NCBI GenBank assembly: GCA_035084275.1
Contig: CM068746.1
Location: forward strand, 24,552,001 to 24,616,000
Length of the DNA: 64,000 nt
Source of the DNA: Hydrolagus colliei
Taxonomy: Eukaryota
Direction of reading: 5' to 3'
Of this stretch, positions 49,931-63,300 are shown one piece after another. Below the pieces are notes generated by a model, which was not told the origin of the DNA, did not search any database, and saw only the letters and a program-made list of their open reading frames with translations. The translations under genes were made by a program, and so were the position numbers. Position 1 is the first letter of the stretch; the number at the start of each line of letters is the position of its first letter.

Positions 49931-50845
49931 ACAACAACAACAACAACAATTTACATTTATAGAGCGCCTTTCACGTCGGGAGGACGTCCCAAGGCGCTGA
50001 ACAGGAGGCGTGTGACCCGAGCTGGGAGGGGAGTGTTTGGGAAGGGGTGAAACACGAAGGGGAGGTAAAAGAGTTCGGGGTGGAACAAAAGGCACGATCG
50101 AAGAGGAAAGTCTTCAAACCGGCCTTGAAAGAGGAAAGGGAAGAGACAAAACGGAGGGATTGAGGGATGGCATTCCATAAGGTGGGAGCGGAGAAACTGA
50201 AGGCCCGGCCTCCGATGGTGGGGCGGTTCGGGCGGGGGGCTTGGAGCAGGCCAAGTCCTGTTGAACGGAGGGTCCGGGTGGGCGTGTAGGGGGAGAGTAG
50301 ATCGGTTAAGTAGGATGGGGCAAGGCCATGTAAGGCCTTGTAGGTGAGGACGAGGATCTTAAACTCGATCCTCTGGAGGATGGGGAGCCAGTGGAGACGG
50401 GCGAGGGTGGGGGTTATGTGGTCGCGGAAGCGGTTGCGGGATAGTGTACAGGCTGCAGAGTTTGGGATGGCCTGCAGCCTATGAATGGAGGAACTGGGGA
50501 GGCCGACTAGGAGAGAATTTCCGTAGTCCAGCCGTGAGGTGATGTATGCGTGCACGAGTGTTTCGGCAGCGCGGGGGGTAAGATAATTACGGAGCCTGGC
50601 AATGTTGCGCAGATGGAAATAGGCGGTGCCGGTCAAGGTGCGGATGTGGGGGAGGAAGGAAAGTTTTTGATCGAACATGATGCCGAGGTTCCTGATTGGC
50701 TTTGTGAGGTGGAGAGTGCAACCTTGGATATTGAGGCTGGCAGCGCCCGATGTGCGGAGGCGTTGGCTTGAGCCAATCAGGAGGGCCTCGGTCTTATTCA
50801 CGTTCAATTGCAAAAAGTTGTCCCTTGTCCACGACTCGATGTCGT
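49931..50845 (-). mobile_element. 5'-truncated L2-clade LINE, same family as 12590-14461
   Basis: ORF 49971..50813 is nearly identical to 13595..14101 and uninterrupted; (aac)n tail at 49931; candidate TSD tgtgtta at 49924-49930 and 50855-50861. Confidence 0.95.
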
Positions 50846-53800
50846 TACCATCGATGTGTTACCAGTGATAGTGCTTGAAAATCCAATTTACCACATTTTG
50901 CAATGCTAAAATCCAAGCTTATTTATCTGGTAAATCATTGTTTGAATTTTACTTGTCGTCAATGCTATAGTGTAATGTGAGGAAAAAGCCGGGATGATAG
51001 GATCAGTTGACAACGTATATTTTCTTCCTGTTTAAAATGTCACAGGCATTTGCAGGAAAGACACCAGGTGTTATTTGTAGCTCTGAATGGTACTAACATC
51101 CCGCCAGCTTGTTTTGCATTGAATTAATTGCTGTTCAACCATCTTTCATGTAGACACTTCATATCAGTTCATTTCCATATCATGGGCTAACTAACAAATA
51201 GTTGATCATGATAATAATCCTTGCGTTTGATATAGCACATTTTAGGAGAGTGCCTAGAAGTGCTTCAAATAACTTTATTGTGAAATGTAGTGACTGTATT
51301 TTTATATACAGGCAATATTTTTATGTTTCTAATTCTTTTGTTCATTCCTCACTCCCTCCATCCTAACTTTGGTGGCTAAGCTTCCTTCCCCTGCCGTCTT
51401 GAACTCTATTTCAAAACCTCTTTACCTCGCTTCCTTCACAGCCCTCCCAAAAAGATACCTTTCCAATAATGCATCCTTAGAGTCCTTAGTTCTCACATGT
51501 TTCACTTTGCTTGGTGCTCCCTATCATATATGTTAAGTGATTTGAGATGTTCATGTATTGTGAAGATCACCAGGTGAATGCAAGTTATTGTTTGCAAATT
51601 CCTATTGACTGTGATTGATGAGCTAGTGAATGGGTGTATTAAGCTGGGTTGCTGAGCAGAAAGTTTCCATGTCTCTCGGTTTCCATTTGTGTAGTTAACA
51701 AATTAGTTATCTTATCACATTCATGTACAGAGATGTTCCATTGTCTCTTCAGTGATATGGACAAGCAAATGTTACACTGCATCTCCCAAGACAGCAGGAA
51801 CTCTGTTGCTAGGATGTTTTTTCACAAGATCATAAAATTGGTTTGGATCAAGAAGGCCTTTGTCCTATCCAATGTCATCTCTCCAGAACATCAGAAAGAT
51901 GCTTGATGTTACAATGAGTCCAATGTCCTGGCCTCTACCTTTAAATTGTATTGTTGCAATGGTGCTGAGTCTGACATTGTGATTGATTTCCAGCATGTGT
52001 GACGCCAAGTAACCTTCAGTCTGCAGGTAAGCCCTCATTTCACTTTCAATCAAAATGAACTTCCACAACAGAATAACCTTCACCTGAGACCATCTGATGG
52101 AAGGGCAGAAAAGCAACCACCATCCTATCGGAAAGCAAACAGACAGACAACAAACAGAAAATATTTTCTTTGTAGATTTTATTTATATATATATTAAAAA
52201 TCAGTCCAATCTGTTGGCGTTTGTGGATGGAGAGGGGTGGGTGGAGGGCAGACATGACCTCCAAATCTTGTCAGATGATTGTCACCAAACATAACATGGA
52301 ATTTGCATCACTCTTGACTGGTATATCCTCATGAGATTTCTTGACAGTGACTCACAATACTGAGATGTCAAAGTTTACAGGTTTCTCTTTGACAGACAAA
52401 AACCCAAGAAGCTTTGAATCCAAACTTAATACCAGGAAGTCACAAGAGACATGTGTGTGCCAGATGTTCAAATCAATTAGCCTCAGTGATTTTTCATATG
52501 TTTCCTGTTGTTTTTGTTCTATAGCCATCGATATAGTTTTTGCATTTTTTTTCAAAGAAATGATAAGCTTGCTGAGGTGAAATTAACTGCACCTTCAGTG
52601 ACCGTCAAGCTACTTGAATCAGCATGACAATTCTTAGTATCACATGTAAAGTTTATTTGTCCCAGACTTGAGATCTATAACACAAGAATTGTCTTTTAAT
52701 AGGCTTTAGAGAACATTGGAATCCAATTGTTTCATTTTAAACTCAAATTAAATATATATACAGTATACATATATATATATTTAATTTGACAATCTGCAAC
52801 TCTCAATTTATGAATGGCCATTGTCATCATTATCACTGCAGGGACTGAATATAAGTATTCCTGTGCTGTCATACAAAAGCTGCAGGAAATTGACAGTATT
52901 ACTCATAAGAGCTTAATTATCTTAGACAGTTCAGAATGTGAAATGTAAATAAAATGATTCATTAAATTTACCTGCCAAATGTTGACACTGTGTGCATGAA
53001 TGGGATAAAGGCTGACAGAACATTTCATTGCAGTGAAAAGGCCAAGATGCAAGCAGAATTAATCCTAAAAATAAACTTTTGCACAGTCTAGGTTTGATGA
53101 TTTTGTATGTGTTTTTTTTATTTCTGAGGGGGAACAATTCTGTGGGAGTGGGAAAGAGTGGGGATGTGGAATGAAATCCTGAAGCAATATTTGGAGTCTG
53201 TTCATTGTCACATTTAACCTTTCCCAGCCAAAACATGACAGCAATCAAAATGTGATAAAGAAACAAAATGCGTTCCATTCCCCTTAGAAGGAGTTTACTT
53301 GAACAGCATAAAGTGGGGGTACTATGTTCAGCTAAATAATCTGTAAAGTTATTATGTCACTATTAGATTCTACAGTAACATTCTCACATTCAATGGACCA
53401 AGGAAGATTACAAATGAATCTTTTCACTTCATTTATTTTGTTTCAACCCTCCTTCAAGCTAGAGAATTGATTGGAAATGATAATCTGTGACTCATACATC
53501 TACCTACTCTTACCATCACCCTTTGGATCTCCATCCCATAGTCCCTTCACCGTGTTCCCCACCTTGCTTCCTTCAAGGCACTTATCAAGACCCTCCTCTT
53601 TGACTGTGCATTCGGTCACTCCCCTACCCCTACCCTCCCTGCTCTAGGGACATCCTCCCAATGTGAAAGGCCCTATACAAATGTAATTTGTTATTGTAAA
53701 ACTTGTTAAAGTTCAGAGAAATGCTAGCATTCCATGTAAAGGACACGATATAAATGCTATTCATTATTTTGTGCTATTCATCACAATTTGTTGGGATCGT

Positions 53801-55819
53801 CTTGAGTGATTTCAGCTGTATGTGTATTTACCTCCTTGAGTATAAACCCAATAGTGTGAATCCAACTGGTCCGTTAAAAGTTATTGGGTTACCTCAATGA
53901 AGTTCCCTGCTCCATTTTCTCTCCTGGTGAAAGCGTACCAATTCTCCTCCAGTAGTATCAATGAAACAGTTGCTGAAGTATGATTTCTGTTATGTGGCCA
54001 ACATCAACCTCAGAGAAGCAAACCCAGCTGCACTTGTTTAATGCGCACATTTCCCACGCAAACACATTATAGCTTATCTTAGCAAAGACTAAACATATTA
54101 GTGTTAATTTGTCCCAAAGAGCGGTGTAGCTCAATGTTTGCCTCTTGTACTTCACTTGCCTTTTTAAAAAATAAGAAAATGGAATCTTGTCCAGCACTTG
54201 TTCTCTCTTCTCTGCTAAAGCTTTTGACTTTATTTCCCTTTCTCCAGTCAGTGCCCAGGAATGCCAAAAAAAACTACAGCCTTAATTGCTACCATTCGAA
54301 ATTACAATGTCCCACAAAAGCTATTATCCAGCCATTGGTGATACAATGTAGCTCTCTTTGGCAGCCACAAAATAGTTATTTTTTGCTCTATGAATCAGTC
54401 CATAGGCATGTAGACCGCTGGATTTGACGAGGATGGCCTTACCACATGCCAGAGTCCACCATTTACAACGTTGCCTGTCTACATTTTATTGCATCGGAAC
54501 TATGCCGTTGAGAAAGTAGCCAGTTAAACAGTCTGCCAATCCTGCAAGACCATAACTGAGGCAGCACCAACAGTTGCTATTGGTTTAACCAGGCATCCGT
54601 GTTTATGCCATGAAAGAAAGAGGAGCTGTAGCTGTACTGTATTGTTGAAAGTTTTGTGTCGCTTCCTTTATTAATCGGGGGCCCTCACTCGACCTTTGAA
54701 CAGTTCTGCACTATTATTTTTATCTACTACTGTCCCACTCACATTGACTAGCAATACAGTGTGGGGCAATTGCTGACCTGGAGAATTCCTAGTCTGTACG
54801 GTTCAATTTCACACGTGGAATCCTTCATTCATCTTTGTAATTGACATTGCTACATTATATTGTTTCCCACACATCCAGAGATCTAAGAATAAATGATTTA
54901 GCCCAGTTAGTAAATCAAATCAATTAAAATAGTAACTAAGCAATCAGGGGGAGTGGGTAGGTTAATCTGGTGTAAAATAGTATTTTGGATAAACTTTTAC
55001 AAACATTCTGAGATGACAATTGCACCCTGACAGACTTTACAGTTCTGGTGAATACACAAATAAATTAAATTAATGAAATTAAACTTTAATAATGGCTCTG
55101 ATTACTTGCAGATGGTTCTGCCTGGTTGCAGATGGTGTGGACACCTGAAAATAAAGATTATTTAAGGAGAAAGAACAAAATGGGACTGAGTTTCAACCTC
55201 ATTTTTAGAGTATAGATTGGATGGTAAGCCTGATGAGTAATATTGTAAAATGGGCACCAGGGTGCACTCCTCTTGTCTATGAATGGCCATCCAAATACTA
55301 CTGAATTTATTACAAGTGGAAATGCCGTACTGATGAATAAATTGTTAAGAATTATACTAATCAGCATTCTATGAGTTTTCTGCGTGATTTGTAATGGAAT
55401 CACTTAGCCTCTAATCTAACAATCCTGTTGCATGGTCCTTTCTGTGGTAATACTCAGCGCTGTATTGAGTACTGAGTATAATCATCCCAACAACACACAA
55501 CAAAATTATATTTATAGAGTGCCTTTGATGTCGGGAGGACATTGGGAGGATGTTGGGAGGAGGAAATGCATAATGATAAATGTGGAGCATTTGTTTAAAC
55601 TGCAGTTTTCGGGAAACTTTTTACAATTTTCTCTTGGTGCCAATACGTTTTCAATGTTACTAGGCCCTATTTCCAAACAGAAAAAATATTTTGCATATAC
55701 CGTTCCAACAAGGTGGATGAATGCATCCAAGACCATAATAATATATGAACAAACAATTGAATTTAATCAAACACTTAAACAATCGCTCTGATTCCTGGCA
55801 GATGGTTCTGCTTGGTCCA

Positions 55820-55945
55820 TAATAATTGGCTGTCGTATTTCGCCCACAATTGTACAGTCAATTCACTTTACAATATATACTGTGAAGCACTTTGAGACAT
55901 CTAGAAGATGTGAATAGTGCTATATCAAATGCAAGGATTATTAAT
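55820..55945 (+). mobile_element. SINE 3' half
   Basis: aattggctgtcgtatttcgcccac...tatcaaatgcaaggattatt. Confidence 0.8.
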
Positions 55946-57892
55946 ATTAAAAAATAACTGAATAAATATTTGGAAACATCTAAAAGAGCACAGGGAATAA
56001 TTGAGAATTGGAGCAGTTAGCTTCAGAGGATGCACCAATTTATGTTTCATGGGCTGAATAGCCTCCTCTATGCCATGATTTCCATATAGAAATCCCCAGT
56101 TCCATACTGCATTGAAAAAGAAGATGCAGCTTCAATCAACTATGGGACTCTATTTAACTGAAAAAATCAAGGGAAAAACTTTTTATTGGATAAATGCAAC
56201 ATTTGGATACCTTGTTGCTTCTGTTTTGCTGTGAACAAAAGAAAGGTTATGGAGATATTGTGTCAGAACATTTGAAAACACAGGCCTTCTCCTCCTGCTA
56301 CCCAGAGTTACATTGATTAGATTGAAGAACTACGCAATCAATTTTCTCCAAGATAAGACTGAATTTAAGAATTGCCAACAATTCTGTGCACTCTCAAAGT
56401 TTACGACAAAATGGTCTTAAAGGCTGAGACTTGATAGAATTTCAGACCTCAGAAGAGGGCAGGATTGGGCTTGGTTGAAATGTTACCTTCAAAGACAGAC
56501 ATTTTCCTACACAATTTCCAGGCTCATATGTGAACAAATGGACACTTGCCAAGGTAATGGGCATAATTGGTACCCGTGAAACTTGAACTCAACAGACATC
56601 AATGGTTTCAAATGCGATGGCAATGGGACAAGATGGAAAGTTGAACATAAAAAGTAAACAGGACAAAGTGTAACATTATACAACAGAATGCATTTGAAAT
56701 ATTTATTTTTTTAAAATCAGAACAATATGATGATTATCTAAAGTAGTCATTGCTGCAACAGGGGATTTCAAGCGAAATAAAATGTTTCCTGGTGGCGGAT
56801 TATGTTGTGAGTATGGTGTTCCATAGTCCAACATCATATGTCCTGGATCAAAGACTATCGTCTTATTATATATAGAATAATGGATAGCACAGGGTGATTG
56901 CAAGCTGCAATCTAATCATAGAGTTCAGACGAAATCACAATCAGAAGAGCGAAGTTCAAGCAGTTTTTGAATGTCATTCAACCCCACAGATTATATTACA
57001 GTCTTTAAATCACTCCCCGAACTATTATTTATAATAGATGCTGGGCAATTTTGTGCCAGTCATTAGGTTTAATAGTCTTACAGTTTTCAGCTGCACTGTG
57101 TTTCTGGAAGCTCTGTTAAGGTAAGGTAAGGTAAGGAGGCTGTGGTTGAGTTTTCCTTCAATAATTGGCAATTATTAATTCTCATGGTTGTGGATAAAAA
57201 TACTGCTGTTATAATGTATGATAATAACTATGCTTGCATGTCTTCTAGACATCTCAAAGTGCTTTAAAGCGCTCTTCATTGGTAATAGTGATAAAAAAAT
57301 ATAGTCAAAGTGTGAGTTTTTTTTTTAATGCTTTAAAACTCTTCCAAACAGTTTCTGTATGTGATTTAACAATTGAGATACCGCAGTATGACATTCATAG
57401 AAGATGTTTCAACATTGCACTTTTACAAAGAAATTATCTACAGTTGAATTTCACTACATAGGTAATCTAAAACATGAAGGTTTGGTGATACGCAGGGCAA
57501 AAAGGGAAGCATCAGTGATTAACACCAATTTCATATTCAGATCTTATCCATATTGCACATAGTTTAACTTGTGATGAAGTAACATTATAAGCTTTTTATA
57601 TTCAGAACAGTGTGTATAAATTTTGTGGGAATTCATTGTATGGAATTACTTGGTATATGAGATGTGAGTACAAGATGAAGGAATGTGGCATCATATTGAT
57701 CTTTTATACAGTACTGTATCTCCACACTTTGCATCACTGCAATCTTTAGTATCCTACATGCTGAACTATGCTTAACTTGAAATGCTGACTCTACTGACTA
57801 TATTTATGTCAAAACACTCAATTGAAATATATTTCTTACAGACTATATAATGTTAGGTTTATTCAACTATTCTGAAGTGAATTTAAGAGACG

Positions 57893-58022
57893 TAATAATA
57901 ATACTCCTTACATTTGAATAATCTTTAATCCTTACAATCCTTACTTATCATGTCTTTGAGATGTCTCAAAGCATTTCACAAAATATACTGTAAAGTGAAT
58001 TCACTGTATATTTTGTGGGCGA
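57893..58022 (-). mobile_element. SINE 3' half
   Basis: gagatgtctcaaagcatttcacaaaatatactgtaaagtgaattcactgtata is the reverse complement of the SINE tail. Confidence 0.7.
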
Positions 58023-59214
58023 GTGAAATGTACAACCCTTGTCATATATTTAAACTATTTATGTTCAGAAAAAAGCACAGATGATTCAGCCTGTTAACTC
58101 AGTGATAAGATAATGATTGAATTGTTACTTCTGTTCCCTCTCTTTGCAGAGAACATTTATAGGGACCTATTATTAATTGGCCTTATTGTTCTGTGCCTTC
58201 GTTGTTAGTACTGAGTACAAATTACAGACTGTGCTAAATTGAAGCTGGCTCTGGATTCTAAATTTAAAAGCGTTGATCTTACCTGGAATAGAACAGGCTG
58301 TATTTTCTCAATCAGCTGTTCAGCATTATATAGCCACTTACTATATTTGCCAGCAGTCCCTCGTTTCTCAAACTTGGCTGCAAACTCCATTGCCTGATCT
58401 GTGACAGGATTGCCACTCAGCAATGTTTGAACAGATCACTTTGCACCTAGCTTACAGAAAAATGAAGATGTATATCAGTGGAAAGAAATACTATGGATAG
58501 ATATAGTTCTTTACAGCTCAACTACAGTGCACTGATTTCTATAGAAAGGTTTAGGGAGATTAGACTTTTTGAACTGAATTAATTCCCCATCCTACTTCTG
58601 TTAAAACTCTGAAATTCTACCCTGGTTGGTCAAGATTTACTCTATTCATGTAGCATGTTCAAGTGTCCAGAATGAAGCAAATTGCTGAATTCAGTCTTCA
58701 CTTTGAAGTTAATTTTCAGTAGTGCTTGAAAGACCCATTAAAAAAAAAGTCAAATTCTAGATGCTTTGAAGTACTATATAAATAAAATAAATCTAGACCA
58801 AGGTAGAATTTCTCCTGTATTTGTTATTATGGGCATGAAAAAATATACTCATTCCTCTGCTCACCATGTACTGAAAGTAGATGTTATTTTTAAGCTGTGC
58901 AGCTTCTCTGTGGCCTTGTAATGGATGGTGAATGGCCACAGCCTTTGGTGATGTAACTCACTAGTATATTTGTATTATCTTACAAATATAACATCCCAAC
59001 ATCATTGTATGAATGCAGCAGCAAGTTTTTATCAAAATATTTTAACCATCATTACCAATTCAGCAACGTTCTATCCATTCAGAGTGTTAACACAAGGCAT
59101 CAGTTTTACTTATTGCCAAGTGCCTCTGCAATGGTTATAGATGTTTGGCTGTTTGCATTTCAATGATGTGGACAAGCTAGATTCCAAAAGTGGCAGAACA
59201 AAAAGGACTATAAT

Positions 59215-59550
59215 CATCACTCTTGCGTTTAAATCCCTCCACTCCTCTGCATCCCCCTACCTCTCTAACTTCCTCTTTCATCACGGCAGTACCACTACTT
59301 CTACTCTATTTAGTCTGGTCTCCTCCTTGTCCCCTGAATCCTCCATTCCATCACCTGCGGCCATGCCTTCAGCCACTATGCCCCAAAACTCTGGAACTCC
59401 CTTCCTCAATCCCCTCACTTCACTCCCTCCTTTTCCATTTTCAGGTCGTGCCTGAAGACCTTTCTGTTTGACCGTGCCTACAGTCACCTATTGTGAAGTG
59501 TTCTGAGTCTGACATGGAGGCCACTATATAAATCCAAGTTGTTGTTGTAA
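59215..59550 (+). mobile_element. Degraded L2-clade LINE 3' fragment
   Basis: LAFKSLH...PYLSN remnant, ctctggaactcccttcct, tail ctatataaatccaag(ttg)n. Confidence 0.7.
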
Positions 59551-59956
59551 TTGAACAAATGAGACAAGACTGTCAAATTCAGAGTGTGTTTTGGATTTGA
59601 GAGTTGTATCAAAATTGTATCCAATTAACTAGTGGGGTAAAAATTGCAAAGTTCATTTTTAACAGGATTGATATGATCACATTAAATCTGTTAAGGAACA
59701 TCCACATTTTCAACCCCTGTAAGATCTTTTCTTTATCTGCAAAATACTGTTACCATACTTTACACTGCATTTTGTGAAATAAAGTGAAAGGTGATCTACC
59801 AAATATGAGTATTATTATTATATTTATTGAGTCTGAAGAAGTGAGGTAAGCTTTTATCATTTAGTTTTTACATGGAAACATTAATCAAAGTTCTTATGTG
59901 AACAAGTGAAATACCATGGTTTATGAACATAAAATAATCTATCAATTTATCTGTTA

Positions 59957-60834
59957 CAGGTAAGCCTTGATTTACGACGCTTCTATTTAGGACACTTCAA
60001 TTGAAGGAGCATCATTTTTTAATACCTTTTGATCAATATATGACACTTGGATTTGTTTTAAGGATAAAAAAAATGTTGGCGCATGCACAGTACATATTTT
60101 GAATATCGTGGTCACATTTTGCGCATCCCTTTTGTCCATACACACAGTCCATAATGTAAATCCATAGAGTAAATCCAAGCATTTGAACTGGCTAATAGCA
60201 TGTTGTCACATCATTGTTTAAAAGCCGGCTGATTTTGAAGTGGCACTACGTCAGTATTACAGTAATTTCCGAACATTCCCGAGTGATTTACAGCCTCTAC
60301 TGTGCTTCTACCAAGTCGGGGAAGAGACAGCAGTAAGTGAAATGAGCAGCGGTAACACCGCTAACGGCCAGAAACCCCGCAAAGTCATCACTTTAAATAT
60401 CAAATTGAAGGTGATAAAGCGCATTGATTCTGGTGAAAAAGGTAAAGACATCGGGAGGGCTTTAGGTCTAGCTAGATCGACGGTGGCTACTATAAAATAG
60501 AATAAGGACAATATACTGGCAAGTTCAAGGTGTGTTACAGCTATAGGTGCAAGCAGATTAGCAAAACATAGGAGTGATGTGATGGAAAACATGGAAAGAA
60601 TGCTTAGTGTCTGGATTGAGGATCAGAACCACCATAATATACCATACAGTTACCCCCAAAATACCCCTTCTTGCCTTTGTGTGTTATGTGTGTGGTTTTG
60701 TGTGGTTTAAGATCTGAACATTTTGTGAAAAGAACGCACCTCTGGTTATATAATGGGACTGCACGGGAAATCGCGTTTCGATATACATACAGTTTTTCAG
60801 GAATGCAACTCCGTCGTAAATAGAGGTTTACCTG
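59957..60834 (+). mobile_element. Second copy of the non-autonomous Tigger/pogo-like transposon
   Basis: TA flanks; TIRs caggtaagccttgatttacgac and gtcgtaaatagaggtttacctg; HTH reading frame from ATG 60342 stops at TAG 60498-60500. Confidence 0.9.
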
Positions 60835-61049
60835 TATTTCACCAAGGGATATAATGGAATACAAAGACCAGCACAGACTAATTGGGCCGAGTTGCCTGTT
60901 TCTGTACTGTATATTGTTTGCAATCTTTGTAGGCTGGTGATGTAAATGAGCACTTGATTCAATCTTGAATAGGCCTGCAGCTCAGTTTCCGACAGAACAT
61001 AACAGGTCACCATACTTACCTGCAGGATTCAACACGTTAATGTCTATTG

Positions 61050-61548
61050 TACCTTTCTTGTTTAATGATAATCAGTCAAGGATAATAAGCATTTCCAGAA
61101 TCATGGTTAAGAGGATCCAGACCAGACTGAGAGTTCCACTTATGCAATCCACGGACATGTCCCTGTTTCTGAAATCTTTCCACCCAGAGGAATGTGCCTG
61201 CCTTGCCTTTTGGAGTGTATTAGACACAGGTTAGCAAGAGGAGTTTAACCAGCTACTGCTTTCAGCCTCTCTGCCCCCACAGTCTGGAACTCCATCCCAC
61301 AATCCGGAACTCCATCCCACAGTCCCTTCGCCTCGCTTTCTCGCTTGCCTCCTTCAAGGCCAGTCTCAAGACATTCCTTTTTAATTATGCCTTCTGTCAC
61401 CCTCCCACTTCTCTCCCTCCCCTTCCCCCTACCCTGTCCCTCCCTGGGTCCCTACCCCTGACTGTGCGGCGCCTTGGGACGTCCTCCCGATGTGAAAGGC
61501 GCTCTATAAATGTCATTTTGTTGTTGTTGTTGTTGTTGTTGTTGTTGC
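61050..61548 (+). mobile_element. L2-clade LINE 3' fragment with long (TTG)n tail
   Basis: ctggaactccatcccaca duplicated in tandem; gcgccttgggacgtcctcccgatgtgaaaggcgctctataaatgtcatt(ttg)n; 5' boundary approximate. Confidence 0.75.
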
Positions 61549-62479
61549 TCCATAGCTTGTTACGAAGAGCACAAACATCCCTCTGCTTTCCAGGTAGGAC
61601 AATGTTATCCAATTTTGGTGTGTAAGATTAGCAGAAATAAAGTGCGAAGAATTCCTGTTCCCAGTGACCAATCTGCCCCTCCAAGCCATACCAATAAGCC
61701 AGACTGGTCTGTTATTAGCAGTGCACGAGAGTACTGCGGACCTGCCTGGCCCATGAACTGAGACCATCACAGAGGATTGACTTAATTCCAAAATTTTGCT
61801 ATGTCATCTTGGAGCTAGCTCAACTTCAAGAGAACCCCAATTACCTCTTCTACAAAGAGGATTGATACAGAGTAATCTGACACATTAGCTTTATAATCAG
61901 TAAATCCCTGAGCAAACCCCCCAAAACAACAACTATTTATCAATAACTAGTGAACATATGCAATGGATAGAAAAGACCATTGATAGGTAAAATCTAGGAT
62001 GGAGGGTGCATATGCTATGTGTTATAAACACCCTGACACTAACCAGTAACTATACAGTATATGCAGGCTACTCAGTGTATATTGTCAGTGCATTTGCACA
62101 TTCCATCGCACCCACAAGTTGACTGTATTTCCCTGAATGTGTGTTGAACAGAGACAGCTATGATTACTGGTGTTGGCCCTGACCTACATGAGTGTGAAAG
62201 CCAGTAAATTTAGTCATGTAGTGGTAAATTTAGTCATGTAGTACGCCTTTACGTATTTAAGATTTTCGTAACTAACTAAAAGTGCAGGCTGCACTGGAGA
62301 CCTGCAATTTAAACATTTGGCCTATAAATTACACAAAACAACTATGTTAAAAGTTACTTTGAAGCAGTTCCTTTCACTCATATGAAGATTGTGTTGTATA
62401 AACTATGGAAATTACAGATGAGGAAATCTGATGTGTGTGACGTGCACTTGTAAATCAAAATATATTGTGGGGAGCTTGA

Positions 62480-62965
62480 CTTTACTTAGTCCTTTGACTT
62501 TAGTGACATGGGTTTGAATGCAGTTCAAACTGAAAAGATGAAAGTCCTTTTGATTTCTAACTGAAAGGACCCCTTTTGATTCTGCTGCCTACCTGTTATA
62601 AGGATTTGGGAAGTCGCAAACCTGTTGCTAGTGGAGTAAATGTGTATACAATTACTCATGCTGCGCACACATTGGCATTATATCACAAGATCATAAAGCA
62701 ATGGTTGACGAAGGCCCTTCACCCCAATTGATCTCAATCTTTGGAACACTAACCCTATAATCCTCCAATTATAGTTCCGAGCTGTTTCTTAAATGACTCC
62801 AGTATCTTGCCTTTTTCACTATCTCACTCAATGAAAAAAGGCACAAGATGACAGATTTGGGAACTGAATAATTACTTGTGGATGGACTCAACACAGGGAG
62901 CTCTCTGGAACTGGGTGACATTGTTGGGGACAGAATAGAAGCAACTTTACACTGTGTCTAACCTA
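62480..62965 (+). mobile_element. Old LF-SINE-like element interrupted by a reversed CR1-type tail (~62690-62825)
   Basis: Degenerate box B gggtttgaatgc, then cctgttgctagtgga, attggcatta and gggtgacattgttgggg, loosely matching my recollection of LF-SINE motifs. Confidence 0.35.
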
Positions 62966-62999
62966 CCTCCACAACCCCACCCCAAACCCCCTCCACCAC

Positions 63000-63300
63000 C
63001 CACTGCCTCCGCTCAGCGGCCTCCAGCCTCCTGTTTCTCCCTCATGCGTTCTGCTCCACCATAGGTGACTGATCCTTCAGCCACTGCACCCCAAAATTCT
63101 GGAACTCTCTCCCTCAATCCTTCTAGCTTGCCCCCTCCTTCCCCACCTTCAAATCCCGCCTAAAGACCTTCCTTTTTGATCGGGCTTACGGTCACCTTCC
63201 CCCTTCCTCTCAGCCTGGCTCCTTATCAGACCCCAGCACAGTGAAGTCCTCCAGGACACTACACCATGTGAAGGGCACTATATAAATGCAAATTGTTGTA
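63000..63300 (+). mobile_element. L2-clade LINE 3' fragment
   Basis: ctggaactctctccctcaatcc...ccttcaaatcccgcctaaagaccttcctttttgatcg...gtgaagggcactatataaatgcaaattgttg. Confidence 0.75.

Noticed and set aside
61510-61761. Poly-Cys metallothionein-like ORF
   Set aside because: The Cys run is a translation of the (TTG)n LINE tail
62203-62243. Short direct repeat gtaaatttagtcatgtagt x2 as a CRISPR-like or regulatory array
   Set aside because: Only two adjacent units with no spacers; a simple slippage duplication in a eukaryotic genome
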